DNA of 64,000 nt, from the NCBI GenBank assembly GCA_026399075.1, contig JAPLRR010000089.1, positions 13,149-77,148 of the forward strand, in the 5' to 3' direction. The translations under genes were made by a program, and so were the position numbers. Below, one piece after another: positions 7,793 to 17,207 of this stretch. This stretch comes from Methylococcales bacterium (GTDB lineage: Bacteria; Pseudomonadota; Gammaproteobacteria; Methylococcales; Methylomonadaceae). How positions within the stretch are numbered: position 1 is the stretch's first letter; every line of letters starts with the position of its first letter. The notes beneath the pieces were generated by a model, which had not been told where the DNA came from, did not search any database, and saw only the letters and a program-made list of their open reading frames with translations.

Positions 7793-10039
7793 ATGCCCAT
7801 GAATACCCTGAATTCCACTATAGATGAAGAATGCAGTTGGCGGTTTGTGACCGGTACGGTAATCAATATCCAGGCCGGTGTGTTGCATTTGGCGGTGGAC
7901 GTGCCGCAAAACCAAGAGATAAAACAGGCACGGCTGGAGTTTGATGGTAAAGAAGCCAAACACTATGAACTCAAACAAGTCATTTCCTTGTTTTTACTGA
8001 GTCCCGTCAAGGAAAAACCGTTAATGTGGCATGCAGCAGATGGTTTGATGGCTGAACCTGAGCACAATCCTTGGCGGCAACAGGCTTTTAGTGATGGCGA
8101 TAGTTTGGAAGGTGTGGTTAAAGACTACGTTGGTGACGATGCTGCCATTATCACCTTAACGGGTAATCTGACCCGCGAACTTGATTGGCGTTGTTTTAAG
8201 GGGTTAACGGGTTACTTACATCGGCTTCAAACGCCTGATGGTGCAATTGTCCCGAATATCCGCCGCATCTTACATGTGGGCGATACCGTGCAGGTTTTGT
8301 TGGCGGGGTCTGATAGGCATCCGGCGATAGACAATAAACTCTTGCATTTGCGGCTGAATGTCAACCAACTATTGTTGCAACGAGAACGGCAAGCCGACAC
8401 GATAGAACCCACGTTTCCGGTTTTTGCCTTACAAGAATTCACAGCAGAAAATGACCTTAGTCCAAAACGGCCTGAGTTGAGGGTGTTGTTAGTGGATGAT
8501 GATGTGGAGTTTTGCAAAAGCCTCCAGCGATCTTTGGCCACTTGGAATGTTAAGCTCCGCTATTGTCATAAGCTAGTTGATGTGCAAAAAGAACTGGCTG
8601 ATTACTGTTTTGATGCCTGTTTGTTGGATTGTGATTTAGGGTCGGAAAACAGCCGTTACAACGCTATTGAGCTAGCCTTGCAAGATACTAGCCAGCAAAC
8701 CGCCATGAAATTGTTGTGGATAACGGGCAACCATGATTTGGTAGAAAAACATGTCAACCTAACCATGGAAAAGCCCATAAAGTTGACCCATCTTTTGAGT
8801 TGGTTGGATACGGGTAATCTCCCCACGGTTCAGGGGCATCGGGTTATGTACCAAGGCAAGGCCGCACGCTGGCGAGCCACTGGCAATGAAACCCAAGTGA
8901 TCCAAAGGGCGCAACAGTTGCTAAAACGTTGTTGCGCTAGCAATCCACGCACCTCAGGTGCTTTATGGATAAGGGCGGCACGTGATGGTTTTTATACGGT
9001 GTTGGCAGCGCACGGGATTAAGGAAGCTGATTATCGCGACTTGGAGCGACGTTTTCAAAACACCTGTATCTCAACCGCAATCAACACCCAAACCCCTCAA
9101 GAAGTTGGCATAAAAAAAAGCGGTTCTTTACACGATTTTATGGTTCGAGAACAGTATGGCAGTTTGTGGGTTTATCCTAAAAAAATGAGTAACCAAGAAA
9201 TTCATGCCCTAGCCGTATTTAGTGGGGATATTTTGGGGGAGCTCGTTCAAAACGACATAAAATCATACGCTGAACACTTTAACGATTTGATGCTCTGGCT
9301 GGCGGATGCCCAGCAACTGGAAGCGAGTGAAGTGTTTGCCACCCAAGGCCGTATGTTAAGCAGCACTTTACACGAAATTCGTACTGCCAGCAGTGTTGTG
9401 GCGGGGAACAACGACCATTTGCAACAATTGTTTAGGTTTTATCCCCAGCTAAAGTGTCCAGATACTGAGGTGCAAGAGAATCTACAGGCGATGGCACTAG
9501 CCACAGCCAGGCTTTTGGAGCTGTGTGAAAACGGCTTGGATCATATCCGTGCCAATCTCACCAAGATTCCTAATGTTGCCATTTTGGTCGCTGAAACGCT
9601 GAAGTTAATGCGTGGGCGTATGCGGGCTGAAAACTATAGCGCCCAGTTCACCCCATTGTCGAATCAGTTGCCGCAAGTGTTTAGCTTGCCTTTCCCACCT
9701 AAATACGTGGAAATCCCTTTAATTAACTTGCTTGATAATGCCTTCCAGCATTGTGGGCAACGGCATTGGGCCAGGGTGCATGTCAGCATTAGTTTTGATT
9801 TAAGCAATGCTGAGCTGCCTTTAGTGATCCGTGTCGAAGATAACGGTTTAGGCATGACCCAGGAGCAAGTCAAAAAATTGTTTGCCGCGCGCAACACCAC
9901 CCGTAGTGTGGCAGGCACCGGGATGGGCTTGTATTTGGCCAAGCAATTGGTTGATAGCATAGGCGGCATTATCGCCTTGGAAAAAAGTGTGCGTTGGTTT
10001 GGCTCTTGTTTTATTATCAGACTACCATTAGACAATTAA
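7793..10039 (+). CDS. Cytoplasmic hybrid sensor histidine kinase: two S1/OB-like domains, receiver domain, HisKA and HATPase_c
   Basis: 748 aa with no TM segments. The N-terminus has S1-like patterns (FVTGTVINIQAGVLHLAV; GDSLEGVVKDYVGDDAAIITL...GYLHRL...VGDTVQVLLAG). The receiver has DD (VLLVDDD), the acceptor Asp (LLDCDLG), T (WITG) and K (EKPIK). H-box is LHEIRTA, N-box LINLLDNAFQH, G1 DNGLGM, G2 GTGMGLYLAKQLV. Confidence 0.85.
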   Translation: MPMNTLNSTIDEECSWRFVTGTVINIQAGVLHLAVDVPQNQEIKQARLEFDGKEAKHYELKQVISLFLLSPVKEKPLMWHAADGLMAEPEHNPWRQQAFSDGDSLEGVVKDYVGDDAAIITLTGNLTRELDWRCFKGLTGYLHRLQTPDGAIVPNIRRILHVGDTVQVLLAGSDRHPAIDNKLLHLRLNVNQLLLQRERQADTIEPTFPVFALQEFTAENDLSPKRPELRVLLVDDDVEFCKSLQRSLATWNVKLRYCHKLVDVQKELADYCFDACLLDCDLGSENSRYNAIELALQDTSQQTAMKLLWITGNHDLVEKHVNLTMEKPIKLTHLLSWLDTGNLPTVQGHRVMYQGKAARWRATGNETQVIQRAQQLLKRCCASNPRTSGALWIRAARDGFYTVLAAHGIKEADYRDLERRFQNTCISTAINTQTPQEVGIKKSGSLHDFMVREQYGSLWVYPKKMSNQEIHALAVFSGDILGELVQNDIKSYAEHFNDLMLWLADAQQLEASEVFATQGRMLSSTLHEIRTASSVVAGNNDHLQQLFRFYPQLKCPDTEVQENLQAMALATARLLELCENGLDHIRANLTKIPNVAILVAETLKLMRGRMRAENYSAQFTPLSNQLPQVFSLPFPPKYVEIPLINLLDNAFQHCGQRHWARVHVSISFDLSNAELPLVIRVEDNGLGMTQEQVKKLFAARNTTRSVAGTGMGLYLAKQLVDSIGGIIALEKSVRWFGSCFIIRLPLDN

Positions 10040-10048
10040 GGAATAAGA

Positions 10049-12583
10049 GTGGCGGAAAAAAAAATTTTGATCATTGATGACAATGATGATTTTGTGCTGA
10101 GCCTAAAGCAACAAGCCCAGCTAGGCGATAATCCACAGCGCTATTTGATTTGTCAATTAACCCAACCCGACATTTTGGATGTTATCAGGGAACAAGCCTA
10201 CGCCATCCAATCGGTGTTTATGGATTATGATATGGGTGAACACACCGCAGAGCGTGTGATGGAGGCCTTATCGCCGTATTTAAACTGGAACAAAGTTCGG
10301 GTATTTTGGTTTAGCGGAGATGAGGCACTGAATACACTAGCTCTACTACAAGCCCGAAAACATTACCCGACCTTAAGCCCTGAGTTTTTGCGTAAACCCT
10401 TTTTATTGGCGGATTTGGAATCCTTGGTCTCAGCTGATTTTAAACTGGCCCGGCAATGGCTCAATTTCCCTAAACCCTTACGGGTTATCAATAAGCAAGG
10501 CCATGTGGTTTACACCAATGAGCATTGGCTAGGTGCCAGCAATTCACCAGCACCCGGAAACTTTATTAATCTTCGTGGTTTTATTACCGACGAGCACTCT
10601 TATTTTAAAGAACGTCCAGATTCAGCTAACAGTGAGGCTGGCTATTTCCATTTATGTTCGTTTGCCAGCGATGATGGGGACTATTTATTGCAATACGCCA
10701 TACCAGAAACAGCGGATGTCTCGGGAAATAAATGGCAAGGTTTGGTTGAAAAAATGGCGGCGGCTTTACAGGAAATGGGCTATACACGAATTCGATTTTG
10801 TCGTTATCTCAATGTACCCAATGGGGTTGTTGGCTATGAATTGAGCCAAGATAATGATTTAAGCCAAGGCGTATTGGCTTTAAGCTGGAGCAGCACGAAA
10901 CTGAATGAAATAAACGACGAAGGGGAGCAGAAAGCCTCTATACGCGAACCTTTGACAGGCGATCTGTTGAAACGGATACGCGAGATGGTGGCTCAATATC
11001 GATCAGATAAGGAAACGAGTAAGCTGAGTTACCGGATAGCCACCCAGCCAGATTGTAATGACCCTTGGCGGAACCTACTGATACCGCCGGGTGCTGAAGA
11101 TTACTGTGTTGTGGAGCTGCCTTTATTTTCGGAACATAAAAAAGTGTTATCTGTTATCGGTAACCCTGGATTATTGGGTATGCTGATGTTTGACCGCTAT
11201 GATGCCACACAAAATCGCTTTTTACCGATTACGGCTGAGGATATAGGAAAGCTGGAAAAAACCTTGCTACAATTTTGTTTTGAACTGATTAAGTCGATGG
11301 AGTCTGACATATTAAAAACGCAACAGGACAATATGCTGGCTTATGCGGAATTGGATGAAGAAATGGCGGGTGGTTTTGCCACCTCTAATGCCTTGTTAAA
11401 AAAATTATTGCAACATGCGGTGGAAGATGTGGGGGCTATTTCCGGCTATATCACCGAACGCCATTATTCAGGTTATGAGGTGACGATTGATTGGTTAGAA
11501 AATAAGTCAAGCGGTATATGGCTTTTCCAACATGCTATTTATACCGAACATGCCTTTTGTTTACCTGCCGTACAATGTTGGAGGCAGGGTAAAACTATTG
11601 CCTTTCCGGCCACTGGACAAAACCAGGCAGACCGAAAAAATGGGGTGGTTGAAGCCTACAACGATCCAGACCAAGTACTTTATATTGGGGATAAAACCGA
11701 TATTGATATAAGGGAGCGTTGGAGTGATTATTTACAAAATAATGTGCGGTCAATTGTTGCCTTGCCTGTTTTTGTCAATAATGAGCAAATAGCCGCAATT
11801 GTTTTACATGCTGACACCGATTACCATTTTGATTATGAACGCTTGGAACGCTTAAAAATATTAACCTATCGCGCAGGTTGGTTATTGACAGTGGCCCGCC
11901 ACATTGATGACAGGAAATTGTTTTTAGATGGTGTTATGCACGAAATCAACACCAATCTTAACCCCTTGGCGCATTTTCTAAGACACTTGGAAGTCACGGA
12001 GGCTTCCAGAGCAGGGTTAATCCGTTGCCAACATTCGGTTAGGCGCTTGGAAATGGCCAGCAGGAATTTATTATTGCTAACGGCTACCAATAATGCCAAG
12101 GGCATTTATATTGATCCACCCATAGCTTGCGGTGAGCTGGCAACGGTACTACAGGAATTGGCGGTCATATATGGGTCGGTCATGGATGACCGTGGTTTGA
12201 GCCTTGTGTTCCACCCCCCTTTAAACACCCCAATATGGGAAACCAAACTACCTATGAGTCGGGAATGGTTAATGCATGTTTGTGCCAATATATTGGACAA
12301 TGCGGTTAAAGCTTCCCGAAGGTCAACGATAACGGTTTTGGCAGAAAATAGCCTCGATATGTTTTCATTGAGTCTTAGCAATAGTGGTCATTTATCGCCA
12401 CAACAATGTATCCAAGCGTTTGACCAACATTACTATTCTTTAGAAGGGCAAGGTTTTCATGTGGGCTTGGCCAGCTGTAGGCAGTTGATGGGTCTTCATC
12501 GTGGCTCAATTGATTTGACCAGTTCTTTAGAATCTGGGCAAATTACTGCGACACTTAGCTGGCCTTTAGGAGCAACACCATGA
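10049..12583 (+). CDS. Cytoplasmic receiver-sensor histidine kinase with a degenerate ATP lid (REC, PAS/GAF-like region, HisKA, HATPase_c-like)
   Basis: 844 aa with a GTG start 9 nt after the upstream stop. The receiver has ILIIDDNDD, FMDYDMG, WFSG and LRKPF. H-box is MHEINTNLNPL, N-box ILDNAVKAS. The G1 DxGxG is replaced by SNSGH. G2-like is GQGFHVGLASCRQLM. No TM segments. Confidence 0.8.
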   Translation: MAEKKILIIDDNDDFVLSLKQQAQLGDNPQRYLICQLTQPDILDVIREQAYAIQSVFMDYDMGEHTAERVMEALSPYLNWNKVRVFWFSGDEALNTLALLQARKHYPTLSPEFLRKPFLLADLESLVSADFKLARQWLNFPKPLRVINKQGHVVYTNEHWLGASNSPAPGNFINLRGFITDEHSYFKERPDSANSEAGYFHLCSFASDDGDYLLQYAIPETADVSGNKWQGLVEKMAAALQEMGYTRIRFCRYLNVPNGVVGYELSQDNDLSQGVLALSWSSTKLNEINDEGEQKASIREPLTGDLLKRIREMVAQYRSDKETSKLSYRIATQPDCNDPWRNLLIPPGAEDYCVVELPLFSEHKKVLSVIGNPGLLGMLMFDRYDATQNRFLPITAEDIGKLEKTLLQFCFELIKSMESDILKTQQDNMLAYAELDEEMAGGFATSNALLKKLLQHAVEDVGAISGYITERHYSGYEVTIDWLENKSSGIWLFQHAIYTEHAFCLPAVQCWRQGKTIAFPATGQNQADRKNGVVEAYNDPDQVLYIGDKTDIDIRERWSDYLQNNVRSIVALPVFVNNEQIAAIVLHADTDYHFDYERLERLKILTYRAGWLLTVARHIDDRKLFLDGVMHEINTNLNPLAHFLRHLEVTEASRAGLIRCQHSVRRLEMASRNLLLLTATNNAKGIYIDPPIACGELATVLQELAVIYGSVMDDRGLSLVFHPPLNTPIWETKLPMSREWLMHVCANILDNAVKASRRSTITVLAENSLDMFSLSLSNSGHLSPQQCIQAFDQHYYSLEGQGFHVGLASCRQLMGLHRGSIDLTSSLESGQITATLSWPLGATP

Positions 12584-13035
12584 CTTCCCCAAAAAATATT
12601 ATTTTGTTTGTTGATGATGTGTGTAACAGCCATGCCCATTTTCGGGAGCTTATTGGCCGGAAGCTGCCTGACAATCGGGTAATCTTGGCTTTTGACTTCT
12701 TTGAAGCCCTAGATGATATTAAGCGCGAAAAAGAAAACTTGTATTGCGTTATTGTGGATATTTCTTTTGGTGCGCTTAATCTTCCTGATGAATTAAAGGC
12801 GATTAGTAAAAAGCATTGGGAAAATAAAGAGAAAGATAAACGACCAGGGGACAATTACGGGCAATTTCTGGGTGATTATTTATGGCATCAAAAAATCCCT
12901 TTTTTTTATTTATCGGCTTACCGATCCCGTTACCAAGAAGAGTGGGAGGCTGGACGGGGAATCCAATTCCTTGATAAAGGGGTTGATGATGAGAGCTTTT
13001 TGAAGGTATTAACTGGCTGTAATAATGGCATTTAG
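12580..13035 (+). CDS. Stand-alone response regulator receiver protein
   Basis: 151 aa, with its ATG overlapping the upstream TGA (ATGA). Receiver motifs are LFVDD, the acceptor VIVDISFG, YLSAY and FLDKG. There is no output domain. Confidence 0.75.
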   Translation: MTSPKNIILFVDDVCNSHAHFRELIGRKLPDNRVILAFDFFEALDDIKREKENLYCVIVDISFGALNLPDELKAISKKHWENKEKDKRPGDNYGQFLGDYLWHQKIPFFYLSAYRSRYQEEWEAGRGIQFLDKGVDDESFLKVLTGCNNGI

Positions 13036-13744
13036 TATGGATACATTTGTGATCAATTATTCGGTTATTGGCTTGTCGCTCGCATTAACCCTACTAATAG
13101 CCGCCTTTATTTTTATATTAAAGCCAAATAATCCAAAACAGACTGTTATTTTTAGCGGTTTATTGTTTGTAGGCTTATCGGTTCTATTTGTTCAAATGGG
13201 GCTAACAAACGAGCAAATAAAAGCGATGGGCCAAACGCTAAACACTCCTGAATCTAACCCAATGCCTAGTAACAGTTTTTATTTTGGCTTAATTGCGCTG
13301 GTTATTTCCATTGCTTCAGGTATGGTGCTTTCGACGGTAAAAGATGCAGAAAAACGCATGAAAGAGCAAATGGATGACATTAAAAAGCAACTGGATATGC
13401 AGAAAAAGCTAACCGAAATGCAACAATTACATGATAAAGTTATGCTAATTGCGATTAGTACCAAATACGGCAGTTATTATGACCAAAAATTATTGTCGGG
13501 TAGGCAAGACCCTAAAACTAGCCTTTACAACATGCTGGTCAAATTATTTAGGGCCGATGTTGATAACACCGTTTTATTGCATAGCGAACTTGAAGCCATT
13601 AGCCAATGTCCGACCCGCTTGGTCGCCTTACCGATACATGATGCCGAAAACATCCATGCCTACCTTGAAATGCTGTCAGCCTACCACCGCGATAACAACC
13701 CTGAGCTAAGCAAGTTGTGTTTGGTAATCCGCCACGGTGGATAG
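13025..13744 (+). CDS. Hypothetical membrane protein (3 predicted TM helices, coiled-coil, C-terminal soluble domain), last gene of the phosphorelay operon
   Basis: 239 aa, overlapping the previous gene by 11 nt. Hydrophobic stretches are VIGLSLALTLLIAAFIFIL, IFSGLLFVGLSVLFV and FYFGLIALVISIASGMVL, followed by the K/E/Q-rich helix KRMKEQMDDIKKQLDMQKKLTEMQQL. Confidence 0.6.
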   Translation: MAFSMDTFVINYSVIGLSLALTLLIAAFIFILKPNNPKQTVIFSGLLFVGLSVLFVQMGLTNEQIKAMGQTLNTPESNPMPSNSFYFGLIALVISIASGMVLSTVKDAEKRMKEQMDDIKKQLDMQKKLTEMQQLHDKVMLIAISTKYGSYYDQKLLSGRQDPKTSLYNMLVKLFRADVDNTVLLHSELEAISQCPTRLVALPIHDAENIHAYLEMLSAYHRDNNPELSKLCLVIRHGG

Positions 13745-13821
13745 GCATCAAACTATCCCCCCAAACTGACAATCGCAGTGCTTAAGATCAGCATTGAGTA
13801 TTGTGTCACTACGCAGTCGAT

Positions 13822-14568
13822 TTATATATTAAGGTAGCGCCACCAAAACCAGCTGCGGACATAGAGCAGGCGGCGTATGGGGGATTTTACCAGTAGTAAG
13901 ACTAAACCGATGGAATACAAACACCAAACGGCGGCCCATTCGTTGGCGTTGTCGGTAGTCATAAATGCCAACAAGGGGCCAGTCATCAGATGGTAGACAG
14001 TCATCCGCCATGAGCCATAGAGTATGGGCATGACAAAGGCCGCGATAATGTACATATCGTATAAGATCAAACTGGCTGTGGTGGGGATTTCCCAAGCGAT
14101 ATGCCAATCACCGGACAGGGAGCAGACCCGTTTGCCGCAGATGGGCGCATAAAATGAATCCATGTGCTTACCGAACAACAGCACCCGCGTTTTTACCTCA
14201 TAACAGGCGGGCGCCCAATCAAAGGGGTAAAGCCTAAGCAATAAACACACGGTGGCAATCAGGCAGACAAAATAAACGGGTGCCGAAATTTTGTTTTTGA
14301 CCGCCTCCGGGATGAAGTGCAAGGACACGGCGTTGATAAAAAAGGGTTGGAAGGCAATATGGATATAGCCCAATAAGGTGGCAACCTGATTGGCCGGGTT
14401 GTCGCATTCGTTAATGACGGTGTAGGTGTAGGCCTGTAACACCTCCATCAGGGAAAAATAGCCCAGGGCCGCGCATAGCGCCACGGGTTCTTTTTTATAA
14501 TAAAAATAAGCGGTGCTTGTTAAGCCAATGGTAGCCAATACCGTTGACGCTTCGCCACTCCAGCACAT
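13822..14568 (-). CDS. Hypothetical multi-pass integral membrane protein
   Basis: 248-aa ORF made almost entirely of hydrophobic helices (6-7 predicted). I recognise no family motif. Confidence 0.55.
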   Translation of the reverse strand: MCWSGEASTVLATIGLTSTAYFYYKKEPVALCAALGYFSLMEVLQAYTYTVINECDNPANQVATLLGYIHIAFQPFFINAVSLHFIPEAVKNKISAPVYFVCLIATVCLLLRLYPFDWAPACYEVKTRVLLFGKHMDSFYAPICGKRVCSLSGDWHIAWEIPTTASLILYDMYIIAAFVMPILYGSWRMTVYHLMTGPLLAFMTTDNANEWAAVWCLYSIGLVLLLVKSPIRRLLYVRSWFWWRYLNI

Positions 14569-14685
14569 AATAGCCTCGTCTATATGATAATGAAAAAAGG
14601 CGGATTTTAGCTGAGAACAGTAGGCGGATCAATGCTGGTTTTATGTATAGCTAATTGATTATGATAGGATTAGTGGCTGGATTCT

Positions 14686-14724
14686 GGGGCGCTTTAGCGG
14701 CGGCTGTCGCAGCTAAAGCCCCCC
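14686..14724 (-). terminator. Stem-loop downstream of the carbamoyltransferase operon (possible terminator)
   Basis: GGGGCGCTTTAGC-N13-GCTAAAGCCCCCC (13-bp stem with one mismatch) lies 29 nt past the stop of the 14753-15379 gene. There is no clear U-tract. Confidence 0.3.
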
Positions 14725-14752
14725 GCACAACAAGGCCTTCTGTCAACGGTTC

Positions 14753-15379
14753 CTAAAACAGCGTGTAAATAAACGGGGCCAGCACCGAGGTTTGCAGGAA
14801 GAATAGGGCAATGCCGATAGATACCAACACTATCAATACCGGTATTAGAAAATAATGCCCACGCCGTGCGAAAAATACCAAGACCTTAAACAAACCAATT
14901 TGCCGTTTTTTGCTGGAGCCGCGTTGTGCAACGGCGGCGGCAATGTCAGCCGGAAGTTCTTTGTTGTGCCAGCCTTGCATGTTCGGCGTTATTTGTCCGT
15001 CCCAGCCATAAATGGGGTGGGTGCCTTGGGTGGCGCGTAGCAAGGCCCCGACAGGCCAAAAGAAGGCGTAATAGACGACGACCAAGATTGCGGTCATCAG
15101 TTTATGCCCTAGCCAGTTGCCCAGTTTGCGTAGCACTTGTTCTACACCGAACCAAATGAACGGGTAAATTAAGGTCGCCAGGATGGCAAAACCGCCAAAC
15201 CAAGCGATAAAATACCACAGCGTATTATTGGCATCTTGCACTAGGAAATATTTGTAACAACCCAAGCCTAGGGCTATAAAACCGATGCCCAAGCCTAACA
15301 CCAACATTTGGGTGAGTTCACGCGAGGCGGCGCGGGCTTGTTTTCGCGCCAGAAATGAGCCTTTATTAACCTTAATCAA
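14753..15379 (-). CDS. SxtJ-like membrane protein fused to a DUF5989-like C-terminal segment
   Basis: 208 aa, overlapping the carbamoyltransferase stop. The N-terminal four-helix region resembles SxtJ-family proteins. The C-terminus, IPVLIVLVSIGIALFFLQTSVLAPFIYTLF, ends in the APFIYTLF signature I associate with DUF5989 (SxtK-like) mini-proteins. Confidence 0.6.
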   Translation of the reverse strand: MIKVNKGSFLARKQARAASRELTQMLVLGLGIGFIALGLGCYKYFLVQDANNTLWYFIAWFGGFAILATLIYPFIWFGVEQVLRKLGNWLGHKLMTAILVVVYYAFFWPVGALLRATQGTHPIYGWDGQITPNMQGWHNKELPADIAAAVAQRGSSKKRQIGLFKVLVFFARRGHYFLIPVLIVLVSIGIALFFLQTSVLAPFIYTLF

Positions 15380-17207
15380 GATCGAATCTCCTTAACCAGT
15401 TATCTCTTTCCGCTTCTGACATGGGCGCATCGCCTTGTTGTGAGCGTTCCAACAGCCGGTTGCCGGCAATTAGGCAATCGATGTCGGTTGCCATAAAGCA
15501 GCGGTAAGCATCTTCAACGGTGTTGACGATGGGTTCCCCGCGCACATTGAACGAGGTGTTGATGACCACACTACAGCCAGTTTGTTGTTTGAATGCACTG
15601 ATGACCCCGTGGATAAAGGGGTTGCGTTCCAAATCTATGGTTTGGACGCGGGCCGAATAATCCACATGGGTCACGGCAGGTATTTCACTGCGCGGCACTT
15701 TTAACAGGTCTATGCCCCACAATGCCTGTTGGTCTTCAGTCAGGGCCACGCGTTTTTCAGGGCGCACCGGAAAAGCCAATAGCATATAGGGGCTTTCTTG
15801 GGTAATTTCGAAATACTCTGCCGCGTCTTCAGCCAGCACCATCGGTGCAAAGGGGCGGAAACTTTCCCGGAATTTGATCATTAGGTTCATGTGCGATTGC
15901 ATTTTTGAAGACCGGGAATCGCCAAGGATAGACCGTGCGCCTAGCGAGCGAGGGCCCCATTCCATGCGGCCACGGGCAATGGCGACCACTTTGCCTTCGG
16001 CGATCAGTTCGGCAACCCGTTTTTGTAAGTCGGGTTCAGGCAGTGTTTCCCAAACCGCGCCCAAACGGGTGAGCATTTTTTCGTCTTCTGCTGAACTTGG
16101 TGCAATGTCGGGGCCAAGAAAAGAGCCTTGCATGGCGTCCGGGCGGTAGGCTGTGCGGGGTTTTTCCAGAATACTATGCCAGTACCACAGCGCTGCGCCC
16201 AAGCTGCTGCCAGCATCACCCGCCGCAGGCTGTATCCAAATTTCATCAAAAATTCCTGACCTGGCCAACAAGCCAGTGGAGACTACGTTCAGGGCCACGC
16301 CTCCTGCCAGCACTAGGTTTTTTGCCCCAGTTTGGTTTTTTACATGCCGCGCCATGCGCAATACGATTTCATTCAGCACGGCTTGGATGCTGGCGGCAAG
16401 ATCCATTTCCCGTTGGGTTATTTCTGTTTCCGGCTGCCGGGGTGGGCCGCCGAATAATGCCGAAAAGGCGTCGTTGGTCATGGTCAGGCCACCAACAAAG
16501 TCAAAGTAATGCTGGTTAAGCTGGATAGCGCCATCGTCACCAAGATGGATGATTTTTTCTAAAATCACATCCACATAAATGGTTTTTCCGTAAGGGGCCA
16601 ACCCCATGAGTTTGTATTCCCCGCTGTTGATCTTAAAGCCTGTGAAATAGGTGAATGCCGAATACAGCAGGCCGACGGAATTAGGGAAACGGATTTCTTT
16701 TAGCAGCTCAATCTGATTGCCTTTGCCTAGGCCAAATGTGGTTGTGGACCATTCCCCAACTCCGTCTATGGTCAGGATGGCCGCTTCTTGGAACGGTGAG
16801 GGGTAGAATGCCGCCGCTGCATGGGAAAGATGGTGGTCACAAAACACAATGTTCTTTTTCCAGCCCAAATCACGGGCAAGCACGCGGTCTGTCCATAGCT
16901 TATTGGTGATCCACTCGGGTATGGCCTGCAAATAGCTTGTTAAGCTATGCGGGGCGGATAAGTGGTAGATAGACATTAAACGCTCAAAATGCGTCAAGGG
17001 ATGCTCATAAAAAACCACATGATCCAATTCGTCTTCAGTGATATTGGCGGCTTTTAGACAGTAATCTATCGCATGGGCCGGAAAAGCCGGGTCACCTTTT
17101 TTTCGGGTAAAACGCTCTTCTTGGGCGGCGGCGATGATTTTTCCGTCACGGATAATGGCAGCCGCAGCGTCATGGTAAAACGCTGAAATACCAAGAATGG
17201 TGGTCAT
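15372..17207 (-). CDS. Carbamoyltransferase (NodU/CmcH family)
   Basis: 611 aa. The N-terminus ILGISAFYHDAAAAIIRDGKIIAAAQEERFTRKKGD and the C-terminal VHVDYSARVQTI...SFNVRGEPIV are typical of this family. Confidence 0.9.
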   Translation of the reverse strand: MTTILGISAFYHDAAAAIIRDGKIIAAAQEERFTRKKGDPAFPAHAIDYCLKAANITEDELDHVVFYEHPLTHFERLMSIYHLSAPHSLTSYLQAIPEWITNKLWTDRVLARDLGWKKNIVFCDHHLSHAAAAFYPSPFQEAAILTIDGVGEWSTTTFGLGKGNQIELLKEIRFPNSVGLLYSAFTYFTGFKINSGEYKLMGLAPYGKTIYVDVILEKIIHLGDDGAIQLNQHYFDFVGGLTMTNDAFSALFGGPPRQPETEITQREMDLAASIQAVLNEIVLRMARHVKNQTGAKNLVLAGGVALNVVSTGLLARSGIFDEIWIQPAAGDAGSSLGAALWYWHSILEKPRTAYRPDAMQGSFLGPDIAPSSAEDEKMLTRLGAVWETLPEPDLQKRVAELIAEGKVVAIARGRMEWGPRSLGARSILGDSRSSKMQSHMNLMIKFRESFRPFAPMVLAEDAAEYFEITQESPYMLLAFPVRPEKRVALTEDQQALWGIDLLKVPRSEIPAVTHVDYSARVQTIDLERNPFIHGVISAFKQQTGCSVVINTSFNVRGEPIVNTVEDAYRCFMATDIDCLIAGNRLLERSQQGDAPMSEAERDNWLRRFDLD

